Positions 1 through 10,400 of a stretch of DNA of 61,132 nt are shown here, piece by piece (the first letter of the stretch is position 1; each line of letters opens with the position of its first letter). Source of the stretch: Candidatus Rokuibacteriota bacterium (GTDB taxonomy: Bacteria; Methylomirabilota; Methylomirabilia; Rokubacteriales; CSP1-6); the NCBI GenBank assembly GCA_005887895.1, contig VBPC01000157.1:1-61132 (forward strand). The letters run 5' to 3'. The position numbers and the translations under genes were made by a program. Under the pieces are notes generated by a model. It searched no databases. It was given only the letters and a program-made list of their open reading frames with translations, and had not been told where the DNA came from.

Positions 1-93
1 GGGGCGGGCGCGTGTTACAAACGGGCACTCCGTGGCGGTGCGAGCCGAAGCGCTTCTGGCGCCGAGGCGAGCCAATGGACTGGAGGCGTCTCG

Positions 94-1299
94 ATGGATC
101 TGAATTACTCGCCCGAGGACGGCGCGTTCCGCGACAAGACCCGACGCTGGCTCGAGGCCAACATGCCGAAGGACGACCTCAAGACGCTCGCGGAGCGCAA
201 GAGCTGGCACCGCCAGCTCTACGAGGCCGGGTACGTCGGCATGCTGTGGCCCCAGGAGTACGGCGGGTGGGGCGCGACCGCAATGCAGCAGGCCATCGTG
301 CAGGACGAGATGGCGCGCATCGGCGCGCCGCCGGCGATCAACGGCCTCGGCATCGGCTTCATCGGGCCCACCATCATCGTCCACGGCACCGAGTGGCAGA
401 AGCAGCGCTATCTCAAGAAGATGCTGACGGCGGAAGAGATCTGGTGCCAGCTCTACTCGGAGCCCAACGCGGGCTCCGACCTGGCGGGCCTCAAGACGCG
501 CGCGGAGGACGCCGGCGATCACTTCGTCGTCAACGGCCAGAAGATCTGGACGTCGAGCGGGCCCATCGCCGACTGGGGCATCCTGCTGGCTCGCACCGAT
601 TCGAAGGTCGCCAAGCACAAGGGCATCTCGTGCTTCCTGCTGAACATGCGCCAGCCCGGCGTCGAGGTGCGGCCGCTCAAGCAGATCAGCGGGCACTCGC
701 TCTTCTCCGAGGTCTTCATGACCAATGCGCGGGCCGACAAGCAGGATCTGATCGGCAGCCTCAGCGAGGGGTGGGCGATCGCCCAGACCACGCTCGGCTA
801 CGAGCGGGGCGGCAACTCGCTGGGCCGCGTCACCCGCTACGCCATCGCCTTCCACCAGCTGGTGCGGGCCACCCGGCAGCTCAAGCGTAACGGCAAGCCG
901 CTGCTCGACGATCCGGTCGTGCGGGCGAAGATGGGCAAGCTCTACGCCGAGCTCGAGGTGCAGCGCTATGCCGGCCTGCGCGTGCTGTCCACGCTGAACA
1001 AGGGCGAGCGGCCGGGGCCCGAGTCGTCGATCACGAAGCTCTCCTACACGGAGTTCGAGAAGCGCTACTACGAGACCGCGCTGGAGATCCTCGGCCCCTG
1101 GGGCCAGATGATGACCGCCCGCGAGGAGTTCGAGGAGATCGACACCTCGTCGGGCGAGGCCGGCACCTGGGCCACCGCGTTCCTGTGGTCGCGGGCGGGC
1201 ACGATCTACTCCGGCTCTTCCGAGATCCAGAAGAACATCATCGGCGAGCGCGTACTCGGGCTGCCCAAGGAAGTCCGCGCCGATCGCCTGAAGGCTTGA
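94..1299 (+). CDS. acyl-CoA dehydrogenase (FadE-like, catalytic-type subunit)
   Basis: Motifs WCQLYSEPNAGSDLA, NGQKIWTS and YSGSSEIQKNII; GGAGG RBS upstream. Confidence 0.93.
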   Translation: MDLNYSPEDGAFRDKTRRWLEANMPKDDLKTLAERKSWHRQLYEAGYVGMLWPQEYGGWGATAMQQAIVQDEMARIGAPPAINGLGIGFIGPTIIVHGTEWQKQRYLKKMLTAEEIWCQLYSEPNAGSDLAGLKTRAEDAGDHFVVNGQKIWTSSGPIADWGILLARTDSKVAKHKGISCFLLNMRQPGVEVRPLKQISGHSLFSEVFMTNARADKQDLIGSLSEGWAIAQTTLGYERGGNSLGRVTRYAIAFHQLVRATRQLKRNGKPLLDDPVVRAKMGKLYAELEVQRYAGLRVLSTLNKGERPGPESSITKLSYTEFEKRYYETALEILGPWGQMMTAREEFEEIDTSSGEAGTWATAFLWSRAGTIYSGSSEIQKNIIGERVLGLPKEVRADRLKA

Positions 1300-1303
1300 C
1301 GCC

Positions 1304-2422
1304 ATGGACTTCTCCTTCACGCCCGACCAGACGCTGCTCAAGAATTCCGCCCGCTCGTTCCTCGACGAGCATTGCAAGCCGGCCACCGTACGCCTGCTCT
1401 GGGATGACCCCCGCGGCGAGAGTCCCGCGCTGTGGAAAGAGATGGCCCAGCTCGGCTGGCTGGGCCTGTCCCTGCCGGAGGCCCACGGCGGCAGCGGGCT
1501 CGGCATGGTCGAGACGGCGCTGCTGCTGGAGGAGCTGGGCCGCGCGGCCTACCCGGGACCGCTCTGGCCCACCATGCTCGTGGCCAGCGCCATCGCCTCC
1601 CACGGCACCGACGAGCAGAAGAAGCGCTGGCTGCCGGCCGTCGCCAGCGGCGACGCCCGCGCCGCCGTCACGCTGCTCGATTCCGACCTCGACTGGAATC
1701 CCGACGCGGTGAGCACGCGCGCCGACAAGACCCCGACCGGCTGGCAGCTCAGCGGTCTCAAGCGCTACGTCGCGTGGGGCCACGTGGCCGACGTCCTGCT
1801 CGTCCCCGCGCGGGCGCCGGAGGGCGTGTCGCTCTTCCTCGTCGATCCCTCCGCCGCGGGCATCGGCTGGACGCCGATGATGAACATGGATCCGGGAACG
1901 CGCCTGGCCGACCTCAAGCTCGATCGCGTGCCCGTGTGCGGCGAGGACCGGCTCGGCGCGCCCGGAGCCGGCACGCCGGCGCTGCTGAGCCTGTTGCGGC
2001 GCGGCGCCGCCGGCGCGGCCGCCGAGATGCTGGGGGCCTCGCGCCGGTGCCTGGACATGGCGGTCGGCTACGCCAAGGTCCGCGAGGCGTTCGGGCAGCC
2101 GATCGGCTCGTTCCAGGCCATTCGCCACAAGTGCTCCGACATGCTCCTCGAGACCGAGAACTCGCACGCGGCGGTCTACTACGCCGCCTGGGCGCTGGAC
2201 GCCGGCGCCGAGGACGCCGCCACGGCGGCCTCCATCGCGAAGTCCTACGTCGGCGATGCCGCACGCAAGGTGTGCGGCGAGGCCATCCAGGTGCACGGCG
2301 GCATCGGCTTCACGTGGGAGTACGACCTGCACATGTACTTCAAGCGGGCGAAGGCGCTGGAGGCGCAGTACGGCGACGCCGAGTATCATCGCGAGCTGAT
2401 CCTCCGGCACGTGGCCGCCTGA
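1304..2422 (+). CDS. acyl-CoA dehydrogenase, partner subunit of a paired FadE
   Basis: MDFSFTPDQ start, R[16 protein letters not shown], [12 protein letters not shown]; tandem with the previous ACAD. Confidence 0.92.
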   Translation: MDFSFTPDQTLLKNSARSFLDEHCKPATVRLLWDDPRGESPALWKEMAQLGWLGLSLPEAHGGSGLGMVETALLLEELGRAAYPGPLWPTMLVASAIASHGTDEQKKRWLPAVASGDARAAVTLLDSDLDWNPDAVSTRADKTPTGWQLSGLKRYVAWGHVADVLLVPARAPEGVSLFLVDPSAAGIGWTPMMNMDPGTRLADLKLDRVPVCGEDRLGAPGAGTPALLSLLRRGAAGAAAEMLGASRRCLDMAVGYAKVREAFGQPIGSFQAIRHKCSDMLLETENSHAAVYYAAWALDAGAEDAATAASIAKSYVGDAARKVCGEAIQVHGGIGFTWEYDLHMYFKRAKALEAQYGDAEYHRELILRHVAA

Positions 2423-2431
2423 GGGCGGCGC

Positions 2432-3580
2432 GTGGCTTCCAGCGGGCCGCCGCTCGACGGCATCCGCGTCGTCGATCTGACGAGCTACATCGCCGGCTCC
2501 TACGCCGCGATGATGGTGGCCGACCTCGGCGCCACCGTCGTCAAGGTCGAGTCGCTCGAGGGCGATTCCTTTCGCGAGCTGCCGGGCTTCTTCGGCTGGA
2601 ATCGCGGCAAGCGCTCGATCGCGCTGAACCTCAAGACCGCCGAGGGGCGCGAGATCGTCGAACGGCTCGCCCGCGGCGGGGACGTGCTGATGGAGAACTG
2701 GCGGCCCGGCGTCGCCGATCGTCTCGGGGTCGGCCACCGGCACCTGGCGCCGCTGAACCCACGCCTGATCTACTGCTCGGTGACGGCGTTCGGCTCCACC
2801 GGGCCCTACGTCGACCGGCCCGGCTTCGATCCGATCCTCCAGGCGCTCGGCGGCCTCATGACCCTGCAGGGCTTCGGCGGGCCGCCGAAATATCTCCGGA
2901 CGGCGCCAACCGACTACTACACCGCCGCGCTGGCCGTGCAAGCGGTGCTGGCCGCGCTCTTCGTGCGCGAGCGGACGGGGCGCGGCCAGCGAATCGAGAC
3001 CTCGCTGCTGCAGGGCGTGATGGCGCTCCAGTCCGGCATCGCGCTCGACTATCCGGACAAGCCGACGCTCATCCGCGAGAACCCGACGTATCGGCTCTAC
3101 CAGGCCAGCGACGGCGAGTGGTTCTTCCTGGCCTGCGGCAACCAGTCGTTCTGGGCGAAGCTCTGCAAGGCGCTCGGCATGGACGAGTTCGCCGACGATC
3201 CGCGCTTCGGCTCCTGGATGCTGCGCCTGCGGAACAACGAGGCGCTGCTGCCCATCATGGAGCAGCGCTTCGCCGAGAAGCCGCGCGCGGAGTGGCTCGA
3301 GATCCTGGCCACGCACGACATCCCGGCCGGGCCGGTCAAGACCGTGCAGGAGTTCATGGACGATCCGGCCGTGCGCCACCACGACATGGTCCACGAGTAC
3401 GATCACCCGGAAGTCGGGCGTCTGCGCGTGATGGGCCAGCCGCTCGTCTTCGCCGACACGCCCACGAAGGATCCCGGTCCGCCGCCCACGCTGGGCCAGC
3501 ACACCGACGAGGTCCTGCGCGAGGCCGGCTACGACGCCGCGACGATCGCCGAGCTCCGGGCGCGGAAGGTCGTCCGGTGA
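2432..3580 (+). CDS. family III CoA-transferase (CaiB/BaiF)
   Basis: [39 protein letters not shown]; GTG start. Confidence 0.92.
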   Translation: MASSGPPLDGIRVVDLTSYIAGSYAAMMVADLGATVVKVESLEGDSFRELPGFFGWNRGKRSIALNLKTAEGREIVERLARGGDVLMENWRPGVADRLGVGHRHLAPLNPRLIYCSVTAFGSTGPYVDRPGFDPILQALGGLMTLQGFGGPPKYLRTAPTDYYTAALAVQAVLAALFVRERTGRGQRIETSLLQGVMALQSGIALDYPDKPTLIRENPTYRLYQASDGEWFFLACGNQSFWAKLCKALGMDEFADDPRFGSWMLRLRNNEALLPIMEQRFAEKPRAEWLEILATHDIPAGPVKTVQEFMDDPAVRHHDMVHEYDHPEVGRLRVMGQPLVFADTPTKDPGPPPTLGQHTDEVLREAGYDAATIAELRARKVVR

Positions 3581-4365
3581 GCGTCGACTACCAGGCCATC
3601 CGTTACGACGTCGCCGACGGCGTGGCGACGGTCACGCTGAACCGGCCCGAGGTCCACAACGCGATGAACGAGGCGATGCGGCGCGATCTCTGGCGCTGCT
3701 TCGAGGGCCTCGGCACCGACGACGCCGTGCGCGTCGTCGTGGTGACCGGCGCCGGCGGCAAGGCGTTCTCGGCCGGCGCCGACATCCGCGAGTTCACGGC
3801 GCCGCAGGTGCCGACGGTCTTCCGGGAGCAGCGGCGGCGACTCGACTTCCGCCAGCTGATGGAACGCTGCTCGCAGCCGATCATCGCGGCGATCGGCGGC
3901 CACTGCTTCGGCGGCGGACTGGAGCTGGCGCTGGCCTGCGACATCCGGATCGCCGCGGCCGACTCGCGGCTCGGCCTCACCGAGGTCGATCTGGCCATCA
4001 TCCCGGGCGGCGGCGGCACCCAGCGGCTGCCGCGCCTGGTCGGCCGGGGCAAGGCGCTCGAGATGATCCTCACCGCCGCGCGCATCGACGCGGCCGAGGC
4101 GCTGCGCATCGGGCTCGTCGAGCGCGTGGTCCCGGCCGGCGAGGCGCTGCCGGCCGCCCGTGAGCTGGCGTCGTCGCTCGCCGCCAGGGCGCCGGTCGCC
4201 CTGCGGTACGCGAAGGAGGCGGTGGTCAAGGGCCTCGAGCTGCCGCTGGCCGACGGCGTCCGCCTCGAGACCGACCTCGCCACGCTGCTGCGCACGACCG
4301 AGGACCGCGTCGAAGGCGCCCGGGCGTTCCTGGAAAAGCGCGAGCCGCGCTGGCAGGGGCGTTAA
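3577..4365 (+). CDS. enoyl-CoA hydratase/isomerase
   Basis: GTG start overlaps the upstream stop (GTGA); [42 protein letters not shown]. Confidence 0.93.
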   Translation: MSVDYQAIRYDVADGVATVTLNRPEVHNAMNEAMRRDLWRCFEGLGTDDAVRVVVVTGAGGKAFSAGADIREFTAPQVPTVFREQRRRLDFRQLMERCSQPIIAAIGGHCFGGGLELALACDIRIAAADSRLGLTEVDLAIIPGGGGTQRLPRLVGRGKALEMILTAARIDAAEALRIGLVERVVPAGEALPAARELASSLAARAPVALRYAKEAVVKGLELPLADGVRLETDLATLLRTTEDRVEGARAFLEKREPRWQGR

Positions 4366-4375
4366 CCTCAGCAGG

Positions 4376-5371
4376 ATGCCGTTCTCGTATTACGCGCGCC
4401 TCTCGCGCTCCCAGCAGGCGATCTACCGGAAGAGCGACGAGATCGTGGAGGTGCGGCTGCCGCAGCCGGCCGCGCTCCACCCGGCGGTGGAGTCGCTGAC
4501 GACGGCGCTGGCGTCCGAGGACCGCGTGACGGTCCAGCACGCGACCGACCGGTTGATCCGAGGCCTCACCGACGCCCTCGGGTTGCCGGCCGTCGAGGTC
4601 CAGGTCCTGGCTGCGCGCCCGCACGCGAAGTGGGGCGAGCTGCACGGCCTCTACACGGTCGAGCGCGGCAAGACCCCGACGATCCAGCTCTGGATGCGGA
4701 CGGCCAAGCAGCGACGCGTCGTGGCGTTCCGGACGTATCTGCGCACGCTGTTGCACGAGGTGGGGCATCATCTCGACTACGCGCTGCTGCACCTGCGTGA
4801 CTCGTATCACACGGAGGGCTTCTACAAGCGCGAGTCCAGCCTCTTCAAGCAGCTCGTCCCCGAACGGCGTACGCCGTGGCCCACCGTCGACGCCTGGTTC
4901 CGCCGAAGTCCCGACGAGCGCCTCGCGCGGCTGGCCCAGACGCCCGATCAGATCCGGACGGCGATCGCCGGGCGCGGCGAGGCCGCGCTCGGACGGCGAC
5001 CGGCCCCCCAGGCGTGGGCGCCGACCGAGATCGTGTGCTACCTGCGCGACGCCGAGGAGATGTTCGGGCGGCGCTTCGCCGACATTCTCGCCATGGACGA
5101 GCCCGCCCTGCCCGAAGCGGGCCCGGCCGAGCGGTGGGCGAGCGAGCGCCAGTACCTGCGACACGACCCGGCGCTCGCGCTCGCACACTTCCGTCGGCGC
5201 CGCGGCGAGACGCTGGAGACGCTGATCGCGCTGGCGCCGGAGGCGTGGCAACGCGGCGGCGAGCATCCCCAGCGCGGGCGCCTCACGATCGACCTGCTGG
5301 TGGCGCTGATGGCCTGGCACGACGACAATCACCTGGAGCAGCTCACTCGAGCCCTGGAGGGACGACCCTGA
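4376..5371 (+). CDS. HExxH (zincin-like) domain fused in frame to a DinB-like domain
   Basis: TLLHEVGHHLDY in the N-half; the C-half from 4877 aligns with the downstream DinB protein (WHDDNHL); the junction looks like a collapsed TGATG overlap. Confidence 0.75.
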   Translation: MPFSYYARLSRSQQAIYRKSDEIVEVRLPQPAALHPAVESLTTALASEDRVTVQHATDRLIRGLTDALGLPAVEVQVLAARPHAKWGELHGLYTVERGKTPTIQLWMRTAKQRRVVAFRTYLRTLLHEVGHHLDYALLHLRDSYHTEGFYKRESSLFKQLVPERRTPWPTVDAWFRRSPDERLARLAQTPDQIRTAIAGRGEAALGRRPAPQAWAPTEIVCYLRDAEEMFGRRFADILAMDEPALPEAGPAERWASERQYLRHDPALALAHFRRRRGETLETLIALAPEAWQRGGEHPQRGRLTIDLLVALMAWHDDNHLEQLTRALEGRP

Positions 5372-5865
5372 TGCCGACCATGGAAGAGTACGCGAAGCAG
5401 CCGACCGCGCAGCGCCTCGAGCGCCTCACCCGCACCGGCGAGCAGCTGGCCGCGGCCATCAAGGGGCAGAGCGACGCCGCGCTCTCCAGGCGGCCCGACG
5501 GCAAGAACTGGGCGGCCAAGGAAGTCGTCTGCCACCTGCGCGACACCGAGGAGTCGTTCGGCGCGAGGTTCGCGCAGATCCTGGCCATGGACACCGATCC
5601 CCGGATGATCGGCGCCGACGCCGACCGTCTGGCCGAGGAGCGGCAGTACCTGCGCAACGACGCCGGCGAGGCGCTGGCCGCCTTCCGCAAGCGCCGCGAG
5701 GAGACGCTGGCCACCCTGCGCTCGCTCGTCGGCGAGCAGTGGAAGAAGGGCGGCATCCACGCGACGCGCGGGCGGATGACACTCGACGACTTCCTCACGC
5801 TCATGGCCTGGCACGACGACAACCATCTGGACCAGCTCCGGCGCGCGCTGGAGGGCAAGGCCTAG
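5371..5865 (+). CDS. DinB/DinB_2 family protein
   Basis: ATG overlaps the upstream TGA; EVVCHLRD ... WHDDNH metal-ligand pattern. Confidence 0.88.
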   Translation: MPTMEEYAKQPTAQRLERLTRTGEQLAAAIKGQSDAALSRRPDGKNWAAKEVVCHLRDTEESFGARFAQILAMDTDPRMIGADADRLAEERQYLRNDAGEALAAFRKRREETLATLRSLVGEQWKKGGIHATRGRMTLDDFLTLMAWHDDNHLDQLRRALEGKA

Positions 5866-5922
5866 GGGTCGCCGGGTGCTCGCCGAATGCCCGCCGTCGT
5901 CGACGCGTGATACAGTCGCGCC

Positions 5923-6990
5923 GTGCCTGTCCGCATCCTCGTGACCGGCGCCGGGACCGGGCTCGGCAACAACCTGATCCGCAGCCTGCGAGCGGCGGAC
6001 GAGTCGTTCGTCGTGCTGGGCTGTCACGACGACCGGTTCGACCTCAAGAAGTCGGCGGCCGACCGGCACTACCTGCTGCCCTCCCCCGGCGATCGCGCCT
6101 TCCCGCAGCGCCTGCGCGGCCTGATCACGAGCGCGCGCGTGGATCTCGTGATCCCGACGTCGGATCGCGACGTGCGCGCGATCGCGCGGCAGCGCGCGCG
6201 CCTCGGCCGGCGGCTCTTCCTGCCGAGCGCACGGACGATCGAGCTCGGCCAGGACAAGTACACGCTGAGCCGGCGGCTGCGCGCGCGCGGCGTGCCGGCG
6301 CCGGCCACCTACGCCGTCCGCGACCTGCGCTCGGTCGCCGCGATCATGCGTCGCTTGCCCGGCCGGCGCGTCTGGTGCCGCGTGCGCCGGGGCAGCGGCG
6401 CATTCGGCGCGGCGGCCGTGCGAACCGCGGGGCAGGCGCGCGCCTGGATCGCGTACTGGTCGACCATGCGCGACGTGCGCGTCCGCGACTTCACGCTCGG
6501 CGAATATCTGCCGGGGCGCGACTTCGCGTGCCAGATGCTCTGGGACCGTGGCCGTCTCGTCCTCGCCAAGACGTTCGAGCGTCTCAGCTACGAGGGCGGC
6601 CGCGGACGCGCCGGCGGGGTCTCGTCGGTCGCCGCGCTGGCCAAGTCGGTGGTGGAGCCACGGGTCGTCGACGTCTGTGCCGCCGCGGTGCGCGCGCTCG
6701 ATCGCCGGCTGTCGGGCCCCTGCTGCCTCGACCTCAAGGAGAGCGCCGCGGGGGTGCCGTGCGTGACCGAGATCAACGTGGGCCGCTTCAGCCTGTCGAC
6801 GGCCCTCTACGATCTCGTCGGCAAGCACAACATGGCCGGCACGTACGTGCGCCTGGCGCTCGGCGAGCCGCCGGGCGTCGACGAGGTGTACGACGCCGCG
6901 CCCGATCATTACTTGATCCGGGACGTCGACACCGTGCCGGCCGTGGTGCACGCCGACGAGCTGTTCGACGGCATCATCGATCTTCGGTAG
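5923..6990 (+). CDS. ATP-grasp fold protein (CarB/PylC-like)
   Basis: N-terminal ILVTGAGTGLG, DLVIPTSD, DKY, GSGAFGA, EYLPGRD, TEINVGRF. Confidence 0.82.
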   Translation: MPVRILVTGAGTGLGNNLIRSLRAADESFVVLGCHDDRFDLKKSAADRHYLLPSPGDRAFPQRLRGLITSARVDLVIPTSDRDVRAIARQRARLGRRLFLPSARTIELGQDKYTLSRRLRARGVPAPATYAVRDLRSVAAIMRRLPGRRVWCRVRRGSGAFGAAAVRTAGQARAWIAYWSTMRDVRVRDFTLGEYLPGRDFACQMLWDRGRLVLAKTFERLSYEGGRGRAGGVSSVAALAKSVVEPRVVDVCAAAVRALDRRLSGPCCLDLKESAAGVPCVTEINVGRFSLSTALYDLVGKHNMAGTYVRLALGEPPGVDEVYDAAPDHYLIRDVDTVPAVVHADELFDGIIDLR

Positions 6991-7070
6991 CACCGACGGA
7001 AGGGGGGACAGCACCGCCAGGACGCAGGCTCCGGGGTCCGACACTCACACTTGGTCACAGGGAGGATGCG

Positions 7071-7262
7071 ATGCCGAGGCCACCGAAAGCGGGCGAGACT
7101 TATAGCGCCGTCATCAAGGTGAAGGGACCGGTCAGCTCCGCGGCGTACCGGCGATTCCGCAGCGCCGCGAAGGCTGTCTCGAAGGGCAACGCGAGACCGA
7201 AGGAGTCGTTCCGTCGCGTCAAGGCGAAGCGGAGCGCGGGAAGGCGTCGCCGCCGGCGGTGA
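7071..7262 (+). CDS. small, very basic hypothetical protein (63 aa)
   Basis: GGAGG RBS at 7061-7065; 22 of 63 residues are K/R; its stop overlaps the next start (GTGA). Confidence 0.55.
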   Translation: MPRPPKAGETYSAVIKVKGPVSSAAYRRFRSAAKAVSKGNARPKESFRRVKAKRSAGRRRRRR

Positions 7263-7453
7263 GGAGAAAGCCGCCAGCATCGCCGCGGTCTGCCGACACG
7301 ATCCGATCGATCACCGTGCGATCGGTCGGCGACCGCGGCGATCTGGAGGCGTTCCAGCTGGAGATCCGGCGGCTGGCGCGCGAGCACGGCCTCGAGGTCG
7401 TCGACGTGCGCCTCGAGCCGGCGCGCCGCCCGCGGGCGCGCCGCTCAGACTGA
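7259..7453 (+). CDS. small hypothetical protein (64 aa)
   Basis: Translationally coupled GTG start; amphipathic core DLEAFQLEIRRLAREHGLEVVDV. Confidence 0.5.
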   Translation: MRRKPPASPRSADTIRSITVRSVGDRGDLEAFQLEIRRLAREHGLEVVDVRLEPARRPRARRSD

Positions 7454-10400
7454 TTCGAGCAGCTCGGCGTCGCTCCGTCCGGTCCAGCCCGTCATGTCCG
7501 TAGCCGCGAAGATCGCGCGGGCCGCCGCCAGGTGGGCGGCGGCCGCGTGACCATCACCGACCTGGTGCTTCACGCGGGCCAGGTCGACGTGACATTGCCC
7601 CACCAGCGGTTGCATGCCGAGCCCTTCGGCCAGCTTCAGCGCCTCCGCCAGCGCCGCGGCGGACGTGACGACGTCGCCCTGGCGGGTGGCGGCGGCCCCG
7701 GCGACGCGCGAGGCTCGCGCCTCGTATCCGCGCTCGCCGTGCTCGCGCGCGAGCGCAAGGGCGCGCGCGGCCAGCACCGCCGCCTCGCTGACCTGGCCCG
7801 CCGCCAGGCAGGCGGCGGCGTGGTTGCCCACCAGGAGCGACAAGCCGCCCACCAGACGCATCGCCGAAGCGCGCTCCACCGCGCGTTCCGCCAGCGCGCC
7901 GCCGTCGGCCTCACGGCCGGCGCGGGCGTAGGCCAGGGCCAGGGCCGAGGCGACGCGCGGGAACCACAGGGGGATGTTCCACTCGCGGATCAGCGCCAGC
8001 GCCGGCTCCAGCACCGAGATGGCGCGCGCGGCGTCACCACGGCCCAGCCAGGCGACCCCCAGCCCGGCGTAGGCCACCGTGCGGCTCAGCGGCTGATCCG
8101 CCGTTTCCGCGATCGCGACGGCTTCGCCGGCGCGCTCCATCGCCTGCCGGAAGTCGCCGAGCGCGACCAGCGCCCACACCAGGCACGTCCGCGAGTGCAC
8201 CGACGGTAGCTGGGGCAGCCCGAACCGCTCGCGTGACTGCTCGCCGACGAGCGCCTCGACGTTGGCACGGAAGAAGTCCGCGGCCCGGCGGTAGTCGCCG
8301 AGCGAATGGAGCACCTGCCCGAGATAGGTGTTGATCGTGACGCGCAGCGCGACATCATCGAACGTGTCGCGCAGCTCGAGCGCCCGCTGGCCGGCCTCCC
8401 ACGCCTGGGCGTGCGCGCCCATGAAATAGAGCTGGCCGATGCGATACGCGGCCAGCTGGGCCAGACGTCGCGGATCGCCGAGCTCGTCGGCGAGCCGCTC
8501 GGCTTCCCGGACGTACTGGAGGCCGCGCTCCACCTCGCCCAGCGGCAGCAGCGCGGTGCGGAGCTCGAAGCGCAGGTCGATGGCCCGGCCGATCTGCTCC
8601 GACGTCGGCGGCAGCTGGCCGAGCGCCGCCAGCGCCCGCTCGAAGCAGGCGACCGCCTCGCGATGGGCGCCGTCGGCGTAGGCTTTCACGCCCGCCCGGC
8701 GCAGATAGGCAAACGCCTTGTCCCACACGGCTCCGCGGACGGCGTGGTGGGCGGCGTGGTCGAGGTGCTCGCCGATGCGCTCGCCGTAGAGCCGCTCCAG
8801 CTCGTGCAGGATGCGCGCGTGCAGCGAGCTCCGCTCGTCCTCGGCCACGCTGCCGTAGGCGACCTCGTGCGTGAGCGCATGCTTGAACGTGTACTCGGGC
8901 TCGGCGCTGCCGCCGCTCTCGTGCACGAACTCCAGGCCTTCGAGGTGCGCGAGTCCCCGCCGCACCGCCTCGGCGGCCACGCCCGCGATCGCCTGCAGCA
9001 CCGACACCGGAAAGTCCTTGCCGATGACCGCCGCCGAACGAAGCAGTCCGCGCTCGGCGGCCGGGAGCCGGTCGATTCGCGTGAGCAGGACATCCTGGAC
9101 GGTGTCGGGCACGACCGGCTGCTCGATGCCACCGGGATCGCGCATCGCCAGCGCCAGCTCTTCGAGGAAAAACGCGTTGCCCTCGGCCTTGGCGAGGATC
9201 AGGTCGACGAGCGCGTCCGGCACCTCGCGCTCGCCGAGCACGCCGCGCACCACCCGGCGCGCCTCGCCCGCGTCGAGCGGCTGGAGGGCCACCTGGGTGG
9301 CGTACGATTTCTCGATCCACGGCGGCCGATAGCCGGGTCGGTACGTGCAGATGAGGACGATCGCCGTCCCGGCCAGACCGTCCACGAGCGAGTCGAAGAA
9401 TTCCTGGGACGTGGCGTCGATCCAGTGCAGGTCCTCCACGACCAGGACCAGCGGCCGCTGGCGGGCGCGCCGACGCAGCGATTGCCGCAGCACCTCGAAG
9501 ATCCGTGTCTTCAGCGCCTCGTGGTTCTGCACGGCGAGGTCCTGGCTCCCCTCCTTGACGCCGAGCGCGTGCAGGAGGTAGGGCGCGAGCTCACCGCCGT
9601 CGAGTCCGAGCTCCTCGAGGGCGCGCCGGAGCTTTTCGGAGGTCACCTCCGGCGTGTCGCTCTCCGAGAGACGACACGCCGCCCGCAGGAGATCCAGCAC
9701 CGGCAGATAGGGCACGACGCTGCCATAGGACAGGCACTGCGCCTCGAGGCAGTCGACGTCCCGAGCCGCCAGCGTCTGGCGGAACTCGTAGACCAGCCGC
9801 GACTTGCCGATGCCGGCCTCGCCGCCGAGCCCGACGACCTGGCCCTGACCGCGGACCGCCGACGCCAGGCGGCTCTCGAGCAGCTCGAGCTCGTGCTGGC
9901 GGCCGACGAAGGCGACCATCCGGGCCCCGGGCCCGAGGCCCGTCCGCTCGCGGCCGACCAGCAGCTGGGTCGGCGCGCCGCCGGCCGGACCAGCGCCGGG
10001 CGCCAGGCCGAACCGGCGCGTGAGCAGCGGCGCCGTCACCGCGCTCACCGTGATGCCGTCGAGCGGCGCCCGCTCGACCAGCTCGTCGAGCAGCGGCCAC
10101 AGGTCCCGGCGCTCGTCCATGTCGAGCTCGACGCCGCCGCTGGCGAGGCTGACCAGCGCCGGCGTGGCGTGCACCCCGAGCTTGACGGCGACCTCGCTGC
10201 GCTTGTCGCGGCGGGCGCGCTCGACGGCCTTGACCATCGCCAGCGCCGCGTGGGCCGCGCGGTCGGCGGCGTCGCCGACGGCGTCGAGCCCGAATGCGGC
10301 CACCAGCCCGATCGGCCCGATGCCCTCCACGCGCCCACCGAACGTCCGGACCTTCTCGACGATCTCCTCGAGCGCGCGCGCCGTTTCCAGCGTCGCCTCC

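Noticed and set aside
1238-3502. Long antisense and alternate-frame ORFs (also 8306-11539, 18485-21121, 28743-31172, 55090-57489)
   Set aside because: Shadow ORFs expected from high GC; they overlap genes with clear family motifs and have none of their own.
6996-7012. GG-N10-GC spacing upstream of the small basic protein
   Set aside because: Lacks the TTGC and TGGC context of a sigma54 promoter; likely chance in GC-rich DNA.
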